A DNA stretch of 48,369 nucleotides, taken from an uncultured Treponemataceae bacterium (GTDB taxonomy: Bacteria; Spirochaetota; Spirochaetia; Treponematales; Treponemataceae). Made by a program: the position numbers and the translations under genes. The notes beneath the pieces are model-generated. The model was not told the origin of the DNA. It made no database searches and worked only from the letters and a program-made list of their open reading frames with translations. The stretch covers positions 1 to 48,369 of the forward strand of contig CAYJMR010000001.1 in the NCBI GenBank assembly GCA_964371375.1, written 5' to 3'. Below, one piece after another: positions 25,213-34,487 of the stretch; position 1 is the first letter of the stretch, and every line of letters begins with the position of its first letter.

Positions 25213-26250
25213 ATGATTGAAAAGAAAAAGATAGCAGAATTAGATAAATGTTATTGTGTTGCAAAGCTTCACTATAACAATAAAGACCATATTTTGGTTG
25301 CCGCAGAAAAAGTTGATAAGTGCTTAATGTTTGACTTAGATGGAAATATTGAACAAACTGTTTGGGATGGACCTGGTGGGGTTATGACAATGGAACAAGT
25401 CCCAAATACAAACGGCCAATTTTTATCTACACAAAAGTTTTATTCGCCAAATGATTCACTAGATGCAAAAATAATTGTTGCAACACCAAACGATAAAGGC
25501 ATCTTTGAAATCAATGTTTTAACAAACCTACCTTTTGTGCATCGATTTGGTATTTTTACTCGTGGAGGAGTTAACTATTTATTGGCCTGTGCTTTAAAAT
25601 CAGGACATGAGCATAAAGATGACTGGCGCTTTGATGGAAAGGTTTTTGTAGCAGAGCTCCCAAGTGACCTAACTTCATTTAATGAAAATAATTGTTTAAA
25701 AATGGAAGTTTTATTAGAAGGTCTTCATAAAAATCACGGATTCTCAAAAGTTGAAAACGAAGGGGTTATATCTGCTCTAGTTGGAACAGAGTCAGGTGTG
25801 TATGAAATTACACCTCCTGCAAAAAGTGGTGATGCGTGGACAACTACAAAAATATTAGAAGATGGTGTAAGTGATATGATTGCTATCGACTTTGATGGAG
25901 ATGGTGAAAAAGAACTTATGACATATTCATTGTTTCATGGAGATCAAGTATCGATTTACAAGAAAAAGAATGGCTCATATGAAAAAGTGTATGATTTTAC
26001 AGAAAAATTTGAGTTTTTACATGCACTTGGAACAATAAAATATGAAGGTAAGAATGTCGGAATTGTTGGGCATCGCTCAGGAGAAAGAAATTTGTTTATG
26101 GTATCATATAATAATGGAACATATTCACATGAAGTAATTGATCGTGACTGTGGGCCTGCAAATGTCTTGGCATACAATCATAACAATAAAGAGCATATTG
26201 TAAGTGCAAACAGAGAAACAAACGAAATCGCTCTGTATATTTTTTCATAG
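25213..26250 (+). CDS. hypothetical protein embedded in the ula operon (repeat/beta-propeller-like, one FG-GAP-like DFDGDGEKE motif)
   Basis: 345 aa with no signal peptide. Starts 2 nt after the ulaE stop and ends 9 nt before ulaF. Predominantly beta-strand-like periodic sequence. I recognise no catalytic family. Confidence 0.7.
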   Translation: MIEKKKIAELDKCYCVAKLHYNNKDHILVAAEKVDKCLMFDLDGNIEQTVWDGPGGVMTMEQVPNTNGQFLSTQKFYSPNDSLDAKIIVATPNDKGIFEINVLTNLPFVHRFGIFTRGGVNYLLACALKSGHEHKDDWRFDGKVFVAELPSDLTSFNENNCLKMEVLLEGLHKNHGFSKVENEGVISALVGTESGVYEITPPAKSGDAWTTTKILEDGVSDMIAIDFDGDGEKELMTYSLFHGDQVSIYKKKNGSYEKVYDFTEKFEFLHALGTIKYEGKNVGIVGHRSGERNLFMVSYNNGTYSHEVIDRDCGPANVLAYNHNNKEHIVSANRETNEIALYIFS

Positions 26251-26259
26251 GAGTAAAAA

Positions 26260-26946
26260 ATGTTAGAACAATTAAAAGAGAAAGTATTTAAAGCAAATTT
26301 AGATTTAGTAAAATATGGGCTTGTTATTTTTACATGGGGAAATGTAAGTGCAATTGACAGAGAAAGTGGATTAGTTGTAATCAAACCCTCAGGCGTAGAA
26401 TATGATAACATGAAAGCAAGTGATATGGTTGTTATCGATTTAGAAGGAAACATTGTAGAAGGAAGCTTAAAGCCTTCTTCAGATACGCCAACACATCTTG
26501 AACTCTACAAAAACAACAAAGATATTGGTGGTATTGTGCATACTCATTCTACATTTGCAACAGGTGTTGCTCAAAGTGGGCGAAATATTGTTGCATATGG
26601 TACAACGCATGCAGACTATTTTTATGGAGACATACCATGCACCAGAAGTTTAACAAATGCAGAAGTAGAAAATGATTACGAAGCAAATACTGGAAAAGTA
26701 ATAAATGAAACTTTTGATGGTAAGGATATTATGGCTGTTCCCGGCTGTATAATTAAAAATCACGGGCCTTTTGCATGGGGTAAAGATGCAGATACTGCTG
26801 TTCATAATGCAAAGGTTCTTGAAGAGGTTGCCCACATGTTTATTATTACAGAAACGGCAAACAGAGATGCAGATAGAATCGATCAATATTTGCTCGATAA
26901 GCACTACAATAGAAAGCATGGCAAAAATGCCTATTATGGTCAATAG
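26260..26946 (+). CDS. ulaF: L-ribulose-5-phosphate 4-epimerase (class II aldolase fold)
   Basis: 228 aa. Motifs [41 protein letters not shown] are typical of AraD/UlaF/SgbE. Confidence 0.85.
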   Translation: MLEQLKEKVFKANLDLVKYGLVIFTWGNVSAIDRESGLVVIKPSGVEYDNMKASDMVVIDLEGNIVEGSLKPSSDTPTHLELYKNNKDIGGIVHTHSTFATGVAQSGRNIVAYGTTHADYFYGDIPCTRSLTNAEVENDYEANTGKVINETFDGKDIMAVPGCIIKNHGPFAWGKDADTAVHNAKVLEEVAHMFIITETANRDADRIDQYLLDKHYNRKHGKNAYYGQ

Positions 26947-26955
26947 AGTATCTCA

Positions 26956-26986
26956 AAAGCCTTCCTTTAGGAGGGCTTTTATTTTT
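26956..26986 (+). terminator. rho-independent terminator after ulaF
   Basis: AAAGCCUUCC (26956..26965) / GGAGGGCUUU (26970..26979), one G-U, loop UUUA, followed by a U-rich tail. Confidence 0.6.
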
Positions 26987-27011
26987 GTTATCTCAGTGGT
27001 ATACTTAGCAT

Positions 27012-28022
27012 ATGGTAGTTTACAGTACTGAGTGTGACACTCGTTTTACAGATTATGGCATTCTGATTCCCATCCGCTATAATAAGGCAAAGATGGTCTA
27101 TGAAAAACTTTTAAATACAAGCATAAAAGCCGTTGAAAGATCGCTATGGCTTCACATGGCAAAAAACAGTCCAATAGATAAAAAAACTCTTCTCCTTTGC
27201 CATACAGAGCGATATATACATAGTCTGTTTTCAGAAAATGCTGAAGCTGAAATAATTCGCACATACGAGCTGGTGAACGAGGATGGAACATACAATCGAT
27301 ATGATCCTACAAAAGCAGTTAAGCCCTTGAATAATTTAGTAAATGAAAATTTGATAGGAGTTTCTGCTGCCTGTGAAGCTGCAGAAATTGCTCTCAAAAC
27401 AGGCTTCTCATACTTCTTAGGAGGGGGCTCTCATCATGCCATGGCAGACTGCGGAAGCGGCTTTTGCCTAATAAATGATGTTGTTCTTATGGCTCGCTAT
27501 GTGCAATCAAAGGGCCTTGCAAAAAATGTATGGATAATTGATGTTGATGCACATAAAGGTGATGGTACTGCCTTTTTAACAAAGAATGATGCTTCAATAC
27601 GAACCTTAAGTATACACATGAAGCATGGCTGGCCTCTTGATGGTTCTGAATATGATGAAAACGGTGTATTTAATCCTTCATGGACAAAAAGCGACATTGA
27701 TATAGGAATCGCAAAAGATGAAGAGTCTTTGTATACTTCCAAATTACAAGAGGGACTTTTAACTATGGAAAAAAACTTTGCCCTGCCTGATATTGCAATA
27801 ATTGTTGGCGGTGTAGACCCATATGAAAAAGATGAGCTTGCATCGACAAGAGGTTTGTCTCTCACAAAAGGACTTCTTTTTGAACGCGATATGCTTTTGT
27901 ACAATTTTTTTAAAGACCGAAACATAGCGCAAGTATATGTTATGGCTGGCGGTTATGGAGAAAGCTCTTGGGAAGTATATGTAAACTTTTTAGAGAATGT
28001 TTTGAAAGAAAGGTTTAGCTGA
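27012..28022 (+). CDS. histone deacetylase/acetoin-utilisation family (arginase-deacetylase fold) protein
   Basis: 336 aa. Motifs GGGSHHAMADCGSGFCLINDV and IIDVDAHKGDGT (zinc-ligand Asp/His), plus GGYG near the C-terminus. No SD before the ATG, so the start is uncertain. Confidence 0.75.
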   Translation: MVVYSTECDTRFTDYGILIPIRYNKAKMVYEKLLNTSIKAVERSLWLHMAKNSPIDKKTLLLCHTERYIHSLFSENAEAEIIRTYELVNEDGTYNRYDPTKAVKPLNNLVNENLIGVSAACEAAEIALKTGFSYFLGGGSHHAMADCGSGFCLINDVVLMARYVQSKGLAKNVWIIDVDAHKGDGTAFLTKNDASIRTLSIHMKHGWPLDGSEYDENGVFNPSWTKSDIDIGIAKDEESLYTSKLQEGLLTMEKNFALPDIAIIVGGVDPYEKDELASTRGLSLTKGLLFERDMLLYNFFKDRNIAQVYVMAGGYGESSWEVYVNFLENVLKERFS

Positions 28023-28033
28023 AAAATTTAATA

Positions 28034-28744
28034 TTAATAAATCTTCAAAAACTCGGCAAGCTCTTTAGTTTTTGGTTTTGTTAAACAAGTTTTATCGCCC
28101 GCCTCGCAGACTTCGCCATTTTTTAGAAATATGACATAATCTGCAAATTCTTTTAGAAAGGCAATTTCGTGTGTCACAAAAATAAATTCTCTCCCATCTT
28201 TTTTTAAATCTTTCACTGCTTTTAATACTTCGTCGGTTAAAAGAGGGTCGAGCGCTGCAGTTGGTTCATCAAGAAAAATGAGCTCTGGGTCGGTAGATAG
28301 TGCGCGCGCAATAGACGCCCTTTGCACTTGTCCTCCTGAAACTTCATTTGGCTTTTTGTTTGCTTCTCCATCAATGAATAATTGTTTTAAAAGCTCATTT
28401 GCCTTTTTTTTAGCTTGTTTTTTTGTTTGTTTTTGTATTGTATGCAAAATAAAGGTGATATTTTCTTTTATGCTAAAATGTGGAAATAAATTATGTGTTT
28501 GAAATACTACGCCAATTTTTTTTTGAAAACTTGTTTTTTCAAGGATCGGAGACATTTTATTTATAGTAATGCTTCCACTGTCAGGATTTTCAATACCGGC
28601 TAGCTGCCTAAGTAGCGTAGATTTTCCGCAGCCTGATTCACCAATAATACCTATAGAAGAGGCATTCTCAATGCTTAAAGAGATGTTTTTTAATGCTTCG
28701 CTTTGCCCATATATTTTTGAAATATTTTCTACATGCAGCTTCAT
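28034..28744 (-). CDS. polar amino-acid ABC transporter ATP-binding protein
   Basis: Start moved to the ATG at 28744 (MKLHVENISKIYG), in ATGA overlap with the permease stop. Walker A GESGCGKST, signature VSGGQVQR, Walker B IFLDEPT. Confidence 0.85.
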   Translation of the reverse strand: MKLHVENISKIYGQSEALKNISLSIENASSIGIIGESGCGKSTLLRQLAGIENPDSGSITINKMSPILEKTSFQKKIGVVFQTHNLFPHFSIKENITFILHTIQKQTKKQAKKKANELLKQLFIDGEANKKPNEVSGGQVQRASIARALSTDPELIFLDEPTAALDPLLTDEVLKAVKDLKKDGREFIFVTHEIAFLKEFADYVIFLKNGEVCEAGDKTCLTKPKTKELAEFLKIY

Positions 28745-29478
28745 TTTGCAACCTTCCTTCCAATGTAACGCGCTAAAAGTGAAAGAGGTATAGTCATTAC
28801 CAAATACATAAGCCACATGATGTAATAGCCCTCAATGACAGCATAGTTTCTATTTGAAATGACAGTTGTCATGTAGGTAATTTCTCCTACCGAAATAATA
28901 TTTAAAAGGGCAGAGCCTTTAATAACACTTGAAAGATTGTTTACTAAAGATGGTATAAATGGTTTTACCATTTGGGGAAGTATAATATACATGTATTTTT
29001 GATACCATTTAAATTGGTATAAGTCCATAACTATATATTGTTCGGGTGTTACAACAGCTGCAGTTGTTTCATATGCGTTTGCAACGTAAGGGCTGTTATA
29101 AAATATCATTGCAAGCACGCCTAAAAAAAGTTTGTTGTTTATATTGATAACTTGTCCCAATGGATACACTACTAAAAAAATCATTATTAGAAGCGGTGTT
29201 CCCATTACTATTTCATTGAATACTTCTGCAACTGCTTTTACAATTGTAATTTTTGAGCGGAGCATTACAAAAAGGGCAAACCCTATAATTAAAGCTCCTA
29301 CCAAGGTTACAAGACTAATCCAAATGGTGTTTATAAAGCTAGTTAACAGCAGGTTTTTACTTGCAAAGATAAGGTCATAGCGTGGCTCATCTATGGTAAA
29401 GCGTAATGCAATACCAACCACAAGGGTAAAAAAGAGAACCACTACTATGTATTGTAATGAGTCAAGTTTATTTCTCAT
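28741..29478 (-). CDS. amino-acid ABC transporter permease (HisM/GlnP type)
   Basis: 245 aa with 5-6 TM segments. BPD_transp_1-type layout with an EAA-like loop region (...NSPYVANAYETTAAVV...). Confidence 0.8.
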   Translation of the reverse strand: MRNKLDSLQYIVVVLFFTLVVGIALRFTIDEPRYDLIFASKNLLLTSFINTIWISLVTLVGALIIGFALFVMLRSKITIVKAVAEVFNEIVMGTPLLIMIFLVVYPLGQVININNKLFLGVLAMIFYNSPYVANAYETTAAVVTPEQYIVMDLYQFKWYQKYMYIILPQMVKPFIPSLVNNLSSVIKGSALLNIISVGEITYMTTVISNRNYAVIEGYYIMWLMYLVMTIPLSLLARYIGRKVAK

Positions 29479-29500
29479 GTTTTCCTTATCTTTTATTATA

Positions 29501-30331
29501 TTAGTTGCTTGATGCGTGAATAATATAGTCTAAGCCTAAGTCAGGATTTTGTAAAAAGTCTCCAACAATAGGATCCCATTCAGCTCTAATTGTATCGTAG
29601 AATCCGCCGTCTTCATACATAGAAGCAACAAAGGCATTTGCTTTTTCAAGAAGTTCTGTATTGCCTTTTTTAACTACAAAACAAGAACCTACAACATCTG
29701 TAATCCCTGTGTAAACGATTGTGTTTTCAGGGTCTGCTGCATGAAAGCCAAAAACTTCATCAGAAGCTACTAGGATATCTGAGATACCGTTTGATATTTC
29801 AATTAGGCCTGTTCCAATTTCTGTAACTTCTGTAACATCAACACCTTGACTTTGAGGGTAATATACACCTTTAGTTCCTGAAAGGCCAACAAAGTTTGCT
29901 CCTTCAATTGCAAAAAAGTCTGCTTCACTCATATCGTTTGTTATGTTATGTGCAAGTGCAAATTCTTTGTTTACCAAAGCTGGCGCGTGAGAATATCTAT
30001 ACGGCTCAGAAAAATCTGCTTTTTGTGCTCTTTCATCTGTTCTTGACATGTCTGCAATAAGAATGTCCACATCGCCTGTGTCGAGTGCTGGAATAAGAAC
30101 AGAAAAGTCAGTGTTTACAATTTCGACTTCCATTCCCAAATACTCTGCAAAGGCTTCTGAAATAATAGGCTCAAGTCCTGCTGCTTCTCCGTCATCACCA
30201 ATGTACGAAAATGGGGGGAATTTTAAATCCATCCCAACTCTTAACACATTACTGTCTTCTGTGTTTGAGCAGCCGAGTAGGCTCAGAGTAAATAGGGCTA
30301 AAATAAATGCTAAGCCGATAAGTTTTTTCAT
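29501..30331 (-). CDS. amino-acid ABC transporter substrate-binding lipoprotein (SBP family 3)
   Basis: 276 aa. Lipobox LLGCS. LRVGMDLKFPPFSY and DILIADMSRTDER are typical of SBP_bac_3. Confidence 0.85.
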   Translation of the reverse strand: MKKLIGLAFILALFTLSLLGCSNTEDSNVLRVGMDLKFPPFSYIGDDGEAAGLEPIISEAFAEYLGMEVEIVNTDFSVLIPALDTGDVDILIADMSRTDERAQKADFSEPYRYSHAPALVNKEFALAHNITNDMSEADFFAIEGANFVGLSGTKGVYYPQSQGVDVTEVTEIGTGLIEISNGISDILVASDEVFGFHAADPENTIVYTGITDVVGSCFVVKKGNTELLEKANAFVASMYEDGGFYDTIRAEWDPIVGDFLQNPDLGLDYIIHASSN

Positions 30332-30372
30332 GTTTTTCTCCTAATAAAAATTATGTTTTTATATATAGTTAC

Positions 30373-30401
30373 ATTGTATTGATAAAATGAATGTGTGTCA
30401 A
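30373..30401 (-). promoter_or_regulatory. consensus-like promoter (TTGACA-17-TACAAT) for the amino-acid ABC operon
   Basis: Minus strand has TTGACA (30401..30396), a 17-nt spacer, TACAAT (30378..30373). About 40 nt upstream of the SBP ATG. Confidence 0.5.
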
Positions 30402-30448
30402 CACAGTACGTATTTGTTTTTTAGTTACTAAAAAACACTGTGACAATA

Positions 30449-31810
30449 TCACATAGACTTTCTTTTTTCTAAATCCGATAAAATTTGCTCATAAAAAGTT
30501 TTATCAATTTTAAATTTCTTTGCATAGATTATAAAACTTATTCCTATAAATATTAAAGGTATAATGAGCATTACGGTTTTAACCAAAAGGATACCTTCTT
30601 GTGCCATGTCGGAGGCACTTGTTGCAACGTTCATGCCCGATAATATAACCGTTATACCTAGAAAACCAGACCCCACTGCGCCACCGATTTTATTAATAAA
30701 AGGTTGTACCGCAAAGCTAACCGATTCATTACGTTTTCCTAATTTCCATTCTCCGTATTCAATTGTATCTGCTAGGAATACAAGCATAAGCAATTGGATA
30801 AAAGCTTGTGCAAAGAAAATACAAAGGCCAGCAACAATGATATAGGCAATGCTTTGTGGCGAAAAGAAGAAAATTAGATAGCCCACTATTACTAAAATGG
30901 TTGAATACATATACAATTGCTTTCGTGTAAACCTTTTTGAAAAGAGTGGAAAGACACTTAATGCTGAAAGTTGTGCAACTCCTAAAACGAGGGCAAAAAC
31001 TGAGTACATTGATTCATCCCCAAATATGTACTTAAAATAATGAAGTCCAAAAATAGTTGTAATATTGTAGCCCATCATAAAAAGGGCCATTGCAATGCCA
31101 GTAACAAGAAGTTGGTCATTTTTGAAAAGTGCTATTAGCATTCCTTTTAAATCTGTTTTTTCTAGTTTTTCAGTAATTTTTTCTTCTTTTACTCCTATCA
31201 AAGTAAACAATTGGAATCCCCATAAAAGGGCTACTATGCCAAGAGCAAAAACAGTGTAGGCTGTTTTCATGTTACCAAAGGCTTCGCCGAGTGCATTGGT
31301 AATTGGCGTGATGCCAACTACAACAGTAAACAAACCGATATTCGCACAGATACGAGCAAAAGACCCTATTTTTTCACGTTCTTTTTGGTCTTTTGAAAGT
31401 GTCGGCATCATGGACCAATAGGCAATATCATTTACGGTAAAACTTATTCCCCAAAAGAGGTACATAATGGCAAAGAGAGCTATAATGCCTGTTTCTTGCA
31501 TTCCGAAGTCAGTAAATAAGATAATCGTAATGACACCAGATGTTATTGCCCCAAGTGCAATAAAAGGTTTAAACTTTCCCCACCGGGTTCGCGTATTATC
31601 GACAATGGTTCCCATAATGGGGTCATTCAGTGCATCAAAAACACGAAAAGCAAACATAAATCCTGTTACCCAACCAATTGCGGTATTTGATAAGTTTAAA
31701 ATGTCTGTATAATAAAACATGAGGTATAAACTTACAATAGTATAAGCCATGTCTCGTCCAACAGTTCCGAGCCCAAAAAAGAATCGGTTTTTTGTAATTT
31801 GATTTGCCAT
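30449..31810 (-). CDS. glycoside-pentoside-hexuronide (GPH) family cation symporter (MelB-like)
   Basis: 453 aa with 12 TM segments. The N-terminus ...FGLGTVGRDMAYTIVSLYLMFYYTDILNL... and DALNDPIMGTIVDNTRTRWGKFKP are diagnostic of GPH/MelB-type transporters. Confidence 0.8.
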   Translation of the reverse strand: MANQITKNRFFFGLGTVGRDMAYTIVSLYLMFYYTDILNLSNTAIGWVTGFMFAFRVFDALNDPIMGTIVDNTRTRWGKFKPFIALGAITSGVITIILFTDFGMQETGIIALFAIMYLFWGISFTVNDIAYWSMMPTLSKDQKEREKIGSFARICANIGLFTVVVGITPITNALGEAFGNMKTAYTVFALGIVALLWGFQLFTLIGVKEEKITEKLEKTDLKGMLIALFKNDQLLVTGIAMALFMMGYNITTIFGLHYFKYIFGDESMYSVFALVLGVAQLSALSVFPLFSKRFTRKQLYMYSTILVIVGYLIFFFSPQSIAYIIVAGLCIFFAQAFIQLLMLVFLADTIEYGEWKLGKRNESVSFAVQPFINKIGGAVGSGFLGITVILSGMNVATSASDMAQEGILLVKTVMLIIPLIFIGISFIIYAKKFKIDKTFYEQILSDLEKRKSM

Positions 31811-31978
31811 TTTTCCCCCTATAAAAAGTCAAGTGAAAAAACATTAGTTTTTGAGCCTTGACTTTTTTCATGTCGCAAAACAATGTAAATGCGACATACA
31901 ATACAAGTTTGCAACGCAAACTTCAAAATGAATGAAAGTGGCGATATTTTAGCCACTTCATTCATTAATTATCCTTCC

Positions 31979-34321
31979 TTATGGTAGTTTTTCAATTATA
32001 TATAGTGTTGATCCATAATCACCAAGTAGCCTTGTGCTTTCATTATACCCAGCTCCTGTAAATTGTTGATTTAATCGGATTCCAGAAAAAATTTGTGCAC
32101 CGCTCGCAATATAGTCTTCCTTTGCGTCTTTCATAGAATAAAATTTATTTATTGTGCGTAAAAGAAAACCGTCTGCATGCAGCTTAATTGGAAGGACATG
32201 GTTGATAAGGCCTCCAAATGTTTTTATTGATAATCGCTGAGGCTTCGCCCTGATTTTATATTTTTGTTTTATATCAATGTTTTTTGCATAGAGCACATCA
32301 TTGTTTGGCGCGGCGTGGATTCCTCTTTGGAAGTTCCCAACTATTGTTGTGCTTTCGTCTTGTGCTTGCCACTGTACTTTGCTATCTTTGAATGTACGTG
32401 AAAACTCACCAAATTGAAGTGTTTTTCGATATTTTTTATAAAAAGTTATTTGCTCTTTTATTTCATTTTTTTCTTCTCGCGTAAGCTCTGCAAGGTCAAG
32501 CTCGTAGCCAAGGAGCCCAAAGCTTGATACGTTGAAACGTGTTGAAAGAGGTGTGTTTCGCAGTGTTTGTGCGTGGGGACTCATAGAAACATGAGCTCCA
32601 AAAGTTGATGGCGGATATAAGCAGGAAAGACCACCTTGAATTGAAAGGCGTTCAATGGGGTCGGTATCATCTGATGTCCATACTTGTGGCATAAAACAAA
32701 GCATTCCAAGGTCAAATCTGTTTCCGCCTGATGAACATGATTCAAAAAGAATTTTTTGGTTTGCATTAGTAATCCGTGTAAGAACGTCGTATAGACCAAG
32801 AGTAAATTTATGAAAAAACTCACCTTGGTTTGAAAGTGTTGTTGAATACATATCGCTTATGTGTCTATTCATATCCCACTTTACATATTCAATATTGTTA
32901 GAAGCAAGAATGCTATTTACATTTTCAACAATATAATCACGTACTTGAGCCTTTGTTAAATCTAATACAAGTTGGTTGCGTCCAAAGCTAGGTGTTCTTC
33001 CCGGTTCAGTTACAGCCCAGTCGGGGTGGGCTCTATAAAGGTCACTGTCTTTATTTACCATTTCAGGTTCAAACCAAAGCCCAAATTGTAAGCCCAGTTT
33101 ATTAATTTTTTTAATAAGAGATCCAAGTCCTTTAGGAAGCTTTTTTTTGTTTATCGAATAATCTCCAAGGCCTGCTTTATCATTATCACGTTTTCCAAAC
33201 CAACCGTCATCTAGCACAAAGAGCTCTACACCAAGCTTTTTTGCCTGTTTTGCAAGGCTTACAAGTTTGCGTTCTGTAAAGTCGAACATAAGCGCTTCCC
33301 ACCCGTTGATGAGTACAGGACGCTCCTTGTTTTTATGTTTTCCTCTAACAATATTTTTTTTTACGAATGAATGAAAATTTTTAGAAAGACCGTTCATGCC
33401 ATCAAATGAAAACGTAAAAACACTTTGTGGCGTTTCAAAAGTTTCGCCTTGTTTAAGCTCGAATGAAAAACAATGTGGGTTTATACCGTTTTCGATTCTG
33501 AGAGTTCCGTTAGGACTTTTTTCTATAGCTGTTTGATGGTTTCCTGAGTATAGTAGGTTAAAGCCAAAGCAAAGGCCTAAGTCTTCTGTTGCATCTTTCT
33601 TTTTTAATATAACACCTGCATTATGTCGGTTTGAACTTCCGCCCGTTGTAGAAGAAATAATATGAATGCCTTCTGCTAAACTGCTTTCATGGCGATGAGC
33701 TTCTTTGCTCCAACCTCCGTCAAATGAAACCATGTCAAGGTCTGTTTCATCGAGGTCAATCATCATAGACATAATTTTTCGAATCTCTAAGGCCTTTTTT
33801 TCGTTGTTTTCAAGTATAACTCTGCGTGCAATTACATTGGAAGAAGGGAAAACAACATACTCCAAGGTTAAAAAGACCTCTAGTGCTTCATCTTTTGTAA
33901 GAATGCGCAGTGTTTGTACACCTTCTTTTTCTTGCTCATCTTCATAAGCAAGAGGGTAGTCTTTTGATTCGTGGATTCCCTCTATTATTGTGTGGCTTTG
34001 ATATAAAAAATCTGTGACGAATCCTCCTTTTGGCATTCGTACTTCTATGGGACTATTTCTAAAGTCGCCTTTTCCACTTCCAGAATATTCAAGCATAATG
34101 TCATCAAGGCAATAGCCATTATCTCCTTCTTTATAACAAACACTTGAGCCATAGCCTGCATTGTTTTTCTTTTGGGAAAGTGAAAAGTCTTTGTCTTCTG
34201 TATATAGACCCAAATATAGGTTTTCAATATGTCCGTATTTTGTAGTATGGAATACATATGAGATATTTTGACAATCAAGTTTAAATTGAATTTGTTTTTT
34301 ATTTTTTAGAGTAGTAATCAT
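31979..34321 (-). CDS. alpha-galactosidase, GH36 family
   Basis: 780 aa. Motifs VLDDGWFGKRDND, YVKWDMNR and ESCSSGGNRFD are GH36 catalytic-region signatures. Adjacent to a GPH symporter. Confidence 0.85.
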   Translation of the reverse strand: MITTLKNKKQIQFKLDCQNISYVFHTTKYGHIENLYLGLYTEDKDFSLSQKKNNAGYGSSVCYKEGDNGYCLDDIMLEYSGSGKGDFRNSPIEVRMPKGGFVTDFLYQSHTIIEGIHESKDYPLAYEDEQEKEGVQTLRILTKDEALEVFLTLEYVVFPSSNVIARRVILENNEKKALEIRKIMSMMIDLDETDLDMVSFDGGWSKEAHRHESSLAEGIHIISSTTGGSSNRHNAGVILKKKDATEDLGLCFGFNLLYSGNHQTAIEKSPNGTLRIENGINPHCFSFELKQGETFETPQSVFTFSFDGMNGLSKNFHSFVKKNIVRGKHKNKERPVLINGWEALMFDFTERKLVSLAKQAKKLGVELFVLDDGWFGKRDNDKAGLGDYSINKKKLPKGLGSLIKKINKLGLQFGLWFEPEMVNKDSDLYRAHPDWAVTEPGRTPSFGRNQLVLDLTKAQVRDYIVENVNSILASNNIEYVKWDMNRHISDMYSTTLSNQGEFFHKFTLGLYDVLTRITNANQKILFESCSSGGNRFDLGMLCFMPQVWTSDDTDPIERLSIQGGLSCLYPPSTFGAHVSMSPHAQTLRNTPLSTRFNVSSFGLLGYELDLAELTREEKNEIKEQITFYKKYRKTLQFGEFSRTFKDSKVQWQAQDESTTIVGNFQRGIHAAPNNDVLYAKNIDIKQKYKIRAKPQRLSIKTFGGLINHVLPIKLHADGFLLRTINKFYSMKDAKEDYIASGAQIFSGIRLNQQFTGAGYNESTRLLGDYGSTLYIIEKLP

Positions 34322-34415
34322 AGTTGCCTCAATACATATTATAACATGTTTTTTTTAATTGTGGAAAAAAAAATACGCAGCAAACTTAAATATATAAAAA
34401 AATCTCGAAAGGAAC

Positions 34416-34444
34416 TTGCATTCATAAACAAGATATAGTATACT
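34416..34444 (+). promoter_or_regulatory. promoter (TTGCAT-17-TATACT) for the SBP-EAL gene
   Basis: TTGCAT at 34416..34421, a 17-nt spacer, TATACT at 34439..34444. Confidence 0.45.
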
Positions 34445-34487
34445 TTTTACAGGTAGAGGACTTTTTCCTGTTGGAGGATGTGAGCCC

